Of a DNA stretch of 64,000 bases, positions 55,701 through 64,000 are shown piece by piece (positions within the stretch are counted from its first letter, which is position 1; each line of letters starts with the position of its first letter). Source of the stretch: Phoronis australis (Eukaryota; Animalia; Phoronida). The notes below the pieces were generated by a model. The model made no database searches. It saw only the letters and a list, made by a program, of their open reading frames with translations, and was not told where the DNA came from. The DNA lies in contig NMRA01000010.1 in the NCBI GenBank assembly GCA_002633005.1, positions 613,252-677,251 on the forward strand, in the 5' to 3' direction. The translations under genes were made by a program, and so were the position numbers.

Positions 55701-57807
55701 AAGGCAATTTTGTTCTTGGAAAACTAGTGTATCATGTAAACAGTGATATGTTTTGTTTAAGAACAGATTACATGTACGTCATAAACAAAATGGTGAAAAG
55801 ATAAAGGCCACAATATTGGTTAGTGTAAATAATGTTGAAATTTTTCTAAAAAGGTGCAACAAAAAAGACGTGAGTGATTTGTGTGGACTCTAGCAGTTTA
55901 TGTCACTAAGATTAAAAACATTGATTCTGCCATCTACTGTTAACTGGACTGTTTTGTCATGCTGTTTAACGAAATAGTTAGAATTACGTAAATCTTCACT
56001 TATTTAGCATATATAATGGCTTACGTGTAAAATATTATTTTCACAAATTTCTGTACTAAAATAAACTTTAAGAAAGTTTTAGTTCATTGCTTGCATAGTG
56101 TGTGTTGTGCAGATGCCATAAAACAGTTTTTGTTAAATTTTCTATAATTTGTTTGTAGTAATGTAATAAGTCTTTGAAAAGTGGTAAAATTTTAATTATT
56201 ATTTGTGAAGTAAGTGGATAATTATAGCACGGAGTTGATTGCCTAAACCAATCAAATTAGTTGTCCATATATGGGTATCACAGTTATAACAACAGTTCTT
56301 GGAACAGGAAGTACTACCAGTCACCTCCCAGAAAGTGAAGTAAAATCACATCTTATGCAATGACTAATGTAAACAGAAACACAATCTGCTAGACAAATAC
56401 ATGCCTTGTTAGTAATGGATATTTTTCACTATATCAACTGACAGCATGTGTGAAATGTTGTAAAGGATACTTGGGCTTCACATTTCATTCTCCAAATAAC
56501 ACGGTATATCGGTTTTGCAGATTGAAAAATACACGCAGCATGTTTTTGACATGGAGAAACAGAGGAGCGGTGACCGGGATCCCTTGATGACCCCAGAGGA
56601 GTTGAGTTACGCAAAAGAGTAAGTGTTCAGTAGATGCACATATGCTTTTTTATGTGTCCTCACATTTATATGTGAACGCATTATTGATAAACAGGTCTTT
56701 ACCGTAGGTTGCAAGCATTTTTATTAATAGAACACTTGTTGAAATCATGCGTAGTAATGATGGCTGTAACCGTTCTGAGCTCCTCCGTAACTGATTTTGT
56801 CGTACATAAACTTTTGGCATTGGTTGGTAGTGAAAGTGGTATCAAGGAAATGTTTATGCATTCACAGTTCTTGTAGCAGAAGACTTTGAGTACAGCACAA
56901 TTTGGAACAAAGTAGTAGCCTCTTTTTCTTTTTTATTTGTTTTTGTTGTGAATACCCACAGTCTTCATGAAAATTGAATAGCATTCAGTTTGGTGCTACA
57001 TAATTTATGAAACTGATGACAAAATAATGTTTCAATTTCCTCTATGATTTTACCATACTTGTAAGACTTCACTAAACTATCAGTACCAACTTTGATACCA
57101 TCTTTTTTTCTAGATATGCAGAAAGCATTCAACAACATTTGCACTCTGTAGCTCTGCATCATATGCCTCAAAATCTCCAGAATTTGGACCCCCTACAGAC
57201 AGGTACTCTTGTTATATATCATTTCATGTTCAGTAATGTCACGGAAACTGTGATTGCGGTTTGTCACTTTGTGCGAATAAGTTGGGTTGATTAAATTCTA
57301 CACCGTGTAGCTGAGTTCTGTACATTTTTTTAACATGTAAGATTGGAGCAAATTTTGCATTTTGCAGTATTTATGTGTTGAATAATTCGTTTAAGAAAGT
57401 GTGATTATGTCTTTGTGACAAGGTAGGTTTCTGCAGGTACTGCGATCAAATACTGCTTGAATTTTATAAATAATTTAACTTTGCTTTTTTCAATCCTTTT
57501 ACACTGCTAAAATATTCAAGCTGTAATGTATGTGCGCTCACAATGTATTGCTTCAGCTTTTGTAAGATCAATAAAGTTTTTAATCCATTTCTTTGACATT
57601 TGAATTGTTTTAGTTTATCTAAAGACACGGTCGCGTTAATTTTCGTGCTTACAACCTCCAAATGCCTGATTTTGTCTGTCGCAGTTTCTTCATCACTTTG
57701 TCCCATTTCTTATTAGCGGAGAGGCCAAATCTCGATGCCTATGTGTTTGTGAAAGCCAACGAAGATATTGAAGGAATAATTGTAGATGAAGAAACTGAAG
57801 AGCAAAG
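46630..57807 (+). CDS. GINS4: DNA replication complex GINS protein SLD5, 3'-partial; exons 46630-46728, 48153-48299, 49269-49322, 56521-56618, 57114-57202, 57717-57807
   Basis: Joined translation ...LTAAEVLKRLED|AWLNEKFSPELLE...IHRME|IDRIRFILSSYLRIRLKK|IEKYTQHV...TPEELSYAKE|YAES...VALHHMPQNLQ|RPNLDAYVFVKANEDIEGIIVDEETEEQ matches SLD5 motifs (WxNEKxxPELL, RIRxxLSSYLRxRLxKIEK, PxLDxYVF). The terminal exon was not found before 64000. Confidence 0.95.
46800..46927. mobile_element. Palindromic hAT-like MITE in GINS4 intron 1
   Basis: Near-perfect fold-back (GGGCACT...CCTGATTTTGAGAACCAG...CACTGAATAA/TTATTCAGTG...CTGGTTCTCAAAATCAGG...AGTGCCC) with an imperfect 8-bp flanking duplication (ATAGTGAT/ATACTGAT). 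Confidence 0.7.
48153..48299 (+). CDS. GINS4: GINS4/SLD5 exon 2 (ends at GC donor)
   Basis: AWLNEKFSPELLENKMEVVDCM...KLSIHRME, donor GAG|GCGAGT. Confidence 0.9.
48505..48600. mobile_element. Related palindromic MITE remnant in GINS4 intron 2
   Basis: Shares TTTTGARAACCAGTTTC..CCACTGAATAATGGGC with 46800-46927; imperfect inverted arms. Confidence 0.6.
49269..49322 (+). CDS. GINS4: GINS4/SLD5 exon 3
   Basis: IDRIRFILSSYLRIRLKK, TTTCAG/GTAATG. Confidence 0.95.
56521..56618 (+). CDS. GINS4: GINS4/SLD5 exon 4
   Basis: IEKYTQHVFDMEKQRSGDRDPLMTPEELSYAKE, TTGCAG/GTAAGT. Confidence 0.95.
57114..57202 (+). CDS. GINS4: GINS4/SLD5 exon 5
   Basis: YAESIQQHLHSVALHHMPQNLQNLDPLQT, TTCTAG/GTACTC. Confidence 0.93.
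57717..57807 (+). CDS. GINS4: GINS4/SLD5 exon 6
   Basis: ERPNLDAYVFVKANEDIEGIIVDEETEEQ, TAG/GTGAGG. Confidence 0.95.
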
Positions 57808-57865
57808 GTGAGGCTTCCTTGGTGTTTGTCAATTACCCAGATTGATACCATTAATGAGGTGTTAA

Positions 57866-58335
57866 GGCCCCTTAATACTAAATTAACTCCGGTATGAATG
57901 GAGCATCAACGTAAACTGTGATTTTAATTGAATTGTTCTTACCAGCTTCAGTAGTTTGTGACATCGAAGTAAACGGTAGGTGATGCTGTGGTCATCAAAC
58001 TTATCGCAAAACGGCTCTGATGAATCCGGTGCACGCTAATTTTTTTAATGGGATAATTTGGGAAATTTACGTGTACTAATTTGACATAAAACTTATTTCT
58101 AATTCGATTGGTGATTATTCGAGCAAAAATTATTGGCAGTAGCAGTGGCCACTGGCAATAACTTCGATGAGACCGAAGTTGACCGCACTGCAGCATTGAC
58201 GCTCCACTGTTAAATCCACCTGTTCACTGTGAAGTTAGCTGGAGCTGTTAACTGCGATTCAGAGCCGAAGTTAACCATTCATACTGACTGCAACTCCCCA
58301 AAACATCATCACATCAATGTTAGTATGGAAGGGCC
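57866..58335. mobile_element. Possible PIF/Harbinger-like MITE
   Basis: GGCCCCTTAATACTAA versus right-end reverse complement GGCCCTTCCATACTAA; TAA-like flanks; repeated GAAGTT(A/G)ACC internal motif. Confidence 0.45.
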
Positions 58336-58760
58336 ATTAGGCCTGGTTAGACCTATTAGATAAACATTATTACCATTTGTCACACATGTTGTAAAATAAC
58401 AAATTATGAATATAACAAAAGCACAGTGTACAATGTGTAACATTTCAGCTTGGGCTCTTTGTCAGAAGTTGATATAAACCCGTCAATGTCACAGCCTGAA
58501 ATTATTAATCAGTTTGTTTTGTGTTTTTTGCCATTTTGAAATTTGTTTACATATTTCCTACGACTCATGAAGAGTACACATGGTCAGAATGTTCAGTTGT
58601 GATTTAGTAAGTTTTTAAACATAAAGTATGTAGGTCCTTACATGATGGAAAATGCAATTCCAAGCTTATGTCTACAGAGGTCTGCTGAGGGTGTCCTCTA
58701 CATGTTTCATCTCAGCTTTTTGTATGTGTTATTAGTTTTCCTCTGTATCGTATTTCTTCT

Positions 58761-59250
58761 GAGTGTTTCATCTGTGTGTTTAGTCCAAGTGTTTCATCTG
58801 TGTGTTTAGTCTAAGCGTTTCATCTGTGTGTTTAGTCCAAGTGTTTCATCTGTGTGTTTAGTCTAAGCGTTTCATCTGTGTGTTTAGTCCAAGTGTTTCA
58901 TCTGTGTGTTTAGTCCAAGTGTTTCATCCGTGTGTTTAGTCCAAGTGTTTCAACTGAGTTTTTCTGTATGTTTGGTCTGGGTGTGTCATCTGTGTGTTTA
59001 CTTTGAGTTTTGTGTTCGTGTTTCTTCTGAGTGTTTCGTCTTGAGTGTTTTGTCTGAGTGTTTCATTTCATCTGGGTGTTTTGTTTTGAGAGTTTTGTCT
59101 GAGTGTTTCATCAGTGTAATTTGTTTGTGTATTTCATCTGTCTGTTTCATATGAGTGCTTTACTTAACTGTTTTTTTGTCTATGTTTCATCTGAGTGTCC
59201 TGTGTGTGTTTTGTCGGAGTGTCTCATCTGAGTGTCCTGCGTATCTGAGT
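58761..59250. repeat. 26-bp minisatellite (about 7 units) decaying into degenerate TG-rich units
   Basis: GTGTTTCATCTGTGTGTTTAGTC(C/T)AA repeats at 58763-58950, then degenerate GAGTGTTTCATCT units. Confidence 0.92.
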
Positions 59251-59416
59251 GCTCAACTTGAGCTGCTGCACTACTGTCTGCTGCTCTGAGAGCCAATATT
59301 TCTCGTGCGAGGCCTCCCTATACACCACTACAAAAGGGGACAGCCACCAGTTTCAGTGCTCTGCAGCATGAACCAATCACTAAAATTCACTCCTGTGACC
59401 GATATTTGGATGGGTT

Positions 59417-59960
59417 TGACTATTGTGGTGACCTCTAGTGGTAATTTTGTTTCCTTTGTTGCGTCCACTTCTGTATCTCCTAAACCCCTTGCAGGGTCTT
59501 TGTGATACTTTGCACGTACGTTCCCATGAGTGTGACAATAGGTGACAACTTCTCCTACAGATCTGACTACTGCACTGCCTCCTAGTGGCAAGTTCATTTT
59601 TACATTTCCCTATATCTTCGGAGCTTCTGGACAGATTTTCATTCTATTTGGACGATTAGACGTGATTTGTGCCACTTAGTGACCATTTCTGTGATATTAA
59701 TAAACACCCCTAGAAGCATACCATTTGCGTGGCAGTTGTAGGCACCTTTCAGTGCTGCTCTTCGTATTGTGTCTGCCAAGTCACTTGGTGGACCTTTAGT
59801 TGTAAATTTTTTGAAGATCATGCTACCATTGATTTTTCAGGTTGTGATGACTATTGCAGTGTCCTCTAGTGGCAACTTAAGTATTTTGTTGCGTTTTGTG
59901 TATACCTCTCTGCCAAGTGGGAGAGATTCGAATACCACTGTGCCACCTAGTGGCAAATTT
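59417..59960 (-). promoter_or_regulatory. Cluster of co-oriented CTCF-like motifs
   Basis: Minus strand reads CCACTAGAGGTCAC, CCACTAGGAGGCAG, CCACTAGAGGACAC and CCACTAGGTGGCAC, plus one degenerate copy at about 59668. Confidence 0.55.
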
Positions 59961-62900
59961 AGTCTTTTATGCTTGTCTCAGTGAAGGATCATGAAATGTG
60001 AGGGATATGTTTCTACTGACGAGAGCATGGTTGTCATGGATTTTCATGCCCTTCTGACAGTTTTGCTTTTTTGCGCCTCGATGAAGTTTTTGTTGTGGTT
60101 TCATTTTTCTTTTTTTATTATTGAGAGTTTTTTCTGTTGCTCTCGCCTCAATATTTGCTAAGTTTGAAGGAGAATCTCCATGAATTGTGGCAGATAATTA
60201 TTTTTCAAGAAGAGAACAGCAATTTTCCATTTGTGGACTGTTCTGTGCTGTGCTCTTTTGTGATAATTTGACTCCAATTTCATTATTCAGCTTTGATGAT
60301 CACTTCTTTGTTTTTGCCAAGTACCTTGAGGTATCATGTGGCAGATGAGTTTTTGAGGTGACCATTACTGGTGTGAATATGTTGATTATTGCGTAAATCA
60401 GACTTCTGCAGTTGAAATTTCAATTTTCTTTGCTTTGGTCTCTAAATGTAGCTGGATTGTATTTTTCAATTTTCAGATGAGTAGCACTGCCCTCTGTAGA
60501 CGCAATTTCAAGCTTACTAATGTAGCTCACTCTAATGCGTGGAAATGTTTGACAAATGAACAGTCGTAATGTTTTTACCATTTGCAATGCACACGGTGGG
60601 CACACACCAACGCTCTTGTTGTGCTTTTGTTATTTTTTCATTTTCCTTTCCTTATTTGCATAATTGATTAAATCACTTCTCTAATCAATACATGATACTG
60701 GCCTGCTGTATGTGTTCTTTTACTGTCTGCATGTAATAGTGCTCAGGAAGTGGTAAAAAATCATTTAACAGGAAAAAACGGATCAGATGTGCAGACGTGC
60801 CTCATTCATTTCAAGACGCGTTTGCGTCATTAGCTTCCGATATGCTTTGAAACTGAGTAGGAAGGTGAGCTCAATGGAATGTAGATGGATGCATTTTAAA
60901 TATGTGCTTTCGAAAACCAAAACAAAACCAAATCCAAAGTGTCGTTTACGGCAGACAAAGGCCTGCTTAGTGGTAACATGTAAAAACGTGCTAAAATCAA
61001 CGCTTACTAAATGTACGATCAATCTCTGCAATTTTGCCCCAGATGCCATTAACCATTGGAATGTGCATGCTTTGCTGGCGTTCCTTGCTGATTTCACAAT
61101 AAATTTTGTTAAAAGAAATCTTGAGGGTGACAAAGTGAACATGTCGCCCAATAATTTGCAGGGTCACTGGCAAAGCCGGAAAAGATAAAACTTGTGGCGA
61201 CTCGTGCTCTGGCAGGTCTAGGATTTTGCAATGGGGGACCAACCAGCAAATTTTTTTTTTGCGAAAGTGTTTGCATAACCCCTAAAACGACATTTTTGTG
61301 GCTGCTCTCAAACTCCCAGTGTGTATGGAAAATCTTAAGTTTGATGATGGAAAGGCAAGAAAGCAAAAATAGAAGTGAAGGGAGGGTGTCGAAATTGAAT
61401 GTGTTTGGTTCAGGTCGAGAAACTGTAGATCAGTAGATGTAGTTGGCAATAATGCCAGGTGTTGATGAAGAGATTAAGAGTGGAGCAATAACTCCTCAAG
61501 TATTTTATACTTTAGTTACGTAAGAAGTTTTGAAAAATATACCTGACAAATGATGTGCAACCAATGAATTACCGGTAGGTAATAAAAGCACTAAATGTTT
61601 GCCGGTTTGGGCGATATGTTCACTCTTTGAAAACAAATGTGTGACTTTCACACACCAAACTAGCATTAGTACATTGCATTTTGGATGTTACGGCATAAAG
61701 CTGACAACTATATGAGTAAACATGAGGGTTGGTTTCCTGTGTTCATTTTTATGTTCGACATTAAGACCACACCTTCCGGCATTTTAATAGAAATTTGATG
61801 CTTGGAAAGACATATTTTTGCGACCAACTCGGACAACTCAAGGTTAAGTGAAATATCTTCATTAGACACAACAGTTACGCCCACATAAACATAATGACAA
61901 TGCATTCTCTTCCATAACGTTTTTGCGTAACCTTGAACAGAAATAACTATTGCAAGGTCACTAATCGGTGGGACCGATATTCATTCATAAAAACGTTTTT
62001 GTTTCTAAGTCAGAAATATGAAACTGATTCAATTGAGCAAAAAGCGGTATAAAAGTCTTAACGGGGTGAAATACAACTTTAAAAAGATAAAATCTCACCA
62101 ATTGAGAACACGAATTGTCGACAAGTGAAATTTTATTTTCTCGTTTTTGCGTCAAAATTATGTAGCACCAAATTAGTGCTTTTCCATGTTAGTGTTACTG
62201 ACGACAGACAATGTTTTGAAAAATTGTCGGCCTCCACACGTTCAGTGTTAGAAGCCCTTGGGGAGGGCAATTGGCAGTTGTTTTCATTCAAAGTAGGTGA
62301 GATTTCCTTGTATACGTCATCCCCTGTCAATGCTAAAATTGAACTGATGGGTTGTGGATTGGTTCTACATTCTTGTTGATTAGGAGCATGTTGTTAGACG
62401 GTGGATATCAGTCAGGTTAATTGAAATTGCAGTGAAAAGTACTCTTGAAACCATTCTCTAGTGTGATGTCTGTTGTCAGATGTTGTTTGCATATAGCGTC
62501 ACCTAGTGTTAGCTGTGGGAACTCTGTATAACTGGAGTTAATCCCCAGTGGTTTGTTTCAAGCCAGTTGTTGGATCTGTTGTCAATAATGACTTTGCTCT
62601 AGACCGTCAATTTACTGCTTAAATACGGTTTAGCCTCATCATAATATCGAGTCAGCGTTTGCCTATCATTAGCGATCTATTTCTAGCTTGACTTAACAAT
62701 TACTTTTTGATTCAATAGTTTTTATTGGGTAGTCAGGATAGAAAAAATGGGTATTATTTGTTGTGACTTGGGTTCATTGAATTAGCTTCTTTCAGTGGTC
62801 GCATTCTTTATACCTCTCACTTTGTGTTGACTGCAGTCAAGGTTCATTCTGCCGAGCAGTCACAAATGTTAAGCCATTTTAATGGTAGAATGCATTAATA

Positions 62901-64000
62901 AAATGAAAGTCCCGAGAGAGACAGACGGCAGACTCGTACTAAATTGTGTGTGTTCAGCAGTTTCCTGTGTGGATGTTTTTGTACGCATTTAGAGCCAACT
63001 TTGTGTTAGTTAAAGTCCCATAATGTGCTGTTTAGCTGGATAAAAACAAAAGGAGGCCTTTTAATCTCATAAAATCAGCGTTATATTATTCCTTTCTGTA
63101 ATAGAAATTTTTCCACGGCCAACTCAAGTCTACATTAATGCGTAAATGCGCCATTTTCGAATTTGTAATTTTAGGGTTGGCCAACCTGAATTAATTTATA
63201 TGTAATTTCTTGAGTCACTGGTGGTTTCAACGGTCTTTTTGATATCCTATCGTGGTAAAGAAAGTTACAAGACCGTTCTATAATAGTAAAAGGTCCAATT
63301 TGATCCTTTTTAAAACTGGACAAAATGGTGTTTTGCAGCGACTTTGGCGAGAATTTTTTCTGAAATCGTCAGCGTAGATTTGAACCTGAAACTAGTGTCA
63401 CAACCACACGCACTGTTGGCTGAACTAAATGCCACTCGCTGTATGGCAGAGTATTTAAGTGTTATTTAATTGGGAATGTCACTGAATAGCAAATGTCTGT
63501 AAGATAAGACCAAAAAGCAAATAATGGCATTTCAAACCTTGCTTATCCTAGTTTTTGTGCCTGTGTGTAGCTTTTATAAAAAAACTTGGCTGAAATTGAT
63601 ATGGAAGGACGGGTTTTTAAGTTGGTGTGCACAAGTTTCATAATGAGTCGGTGTACAGACCAGAACCAACTTTGCTTTTTTAGCCTAAGGGCAACAGTTG
63701 GCAATTTATGATAAAACTGCAAGAACACAAAAGGATTCTTAAGTTTTTTAGCTATGGTCAATGCTAATAACTTAAGAAAGTGTGTACCGCTGAACAGTAA
63801 TCATTAAAAATTGTGTTTTTCTCACATGAAAAGAATAATGTCTCTCTGGTTTTCAATAGTATAATGAACCAAGCCTGTAAGTGTGCCACTAGAAATTGTG
63901 GTTCACCAATGTTAAACGCCTCATTGAATTTCAAAGCCAGAGTGCATGAGCACTTGAAAAAGAATTTGAGAATGTAATTTTTTATTTCTGTCCATCCAAT

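Noticed and set aside
57808-64000. Terminal exon of GINS4 (expected ...DLxxGxQHxxRY...)
   Set aside because: No matching spliceable segment seen by eye; presumed to lie beyond the window.

Overview
Eukaryotic, intron-rich, AT-rich genomic DNA from a bilaterian invertebrate (taxon not determinable from the sequence; no prokaryotic features). Three spliced genes were reconstructed by hand from splice sites and translation. (1) The 5' part of a TIA-1/TIAR (Rox8-like) RRM gene lies on the minus strand, with three exons at 24099-18097 followed by an intron running off the left edge; that intron contains a candidate unannotated in-frame exon at 1846-2082. (2) A complete 23-exon tankyrase (ankyrin repeats-SAM-PARP, about 1168 aa) lies on the minus strand at 46318-28985. 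(3) GINS4/SLD5 lies on the plus strand head-to-head with tankyrase (six exons, 46630-57807; last exon not found in the window) and has a GC-AG intron. Introns carry a complete miniature LTR retroelement whose LTRs contain a tRNA-like Pol III promoter (22905-23451), a 2.5-kb Tc2-like TIR element, a truncated LINE, a tRNA-SINE head, several MITEs, tandem repeats and a co-oriented cluster of CTCF-like motifs (59417-59960). Most ORF-track entries outside these exons look spurious.
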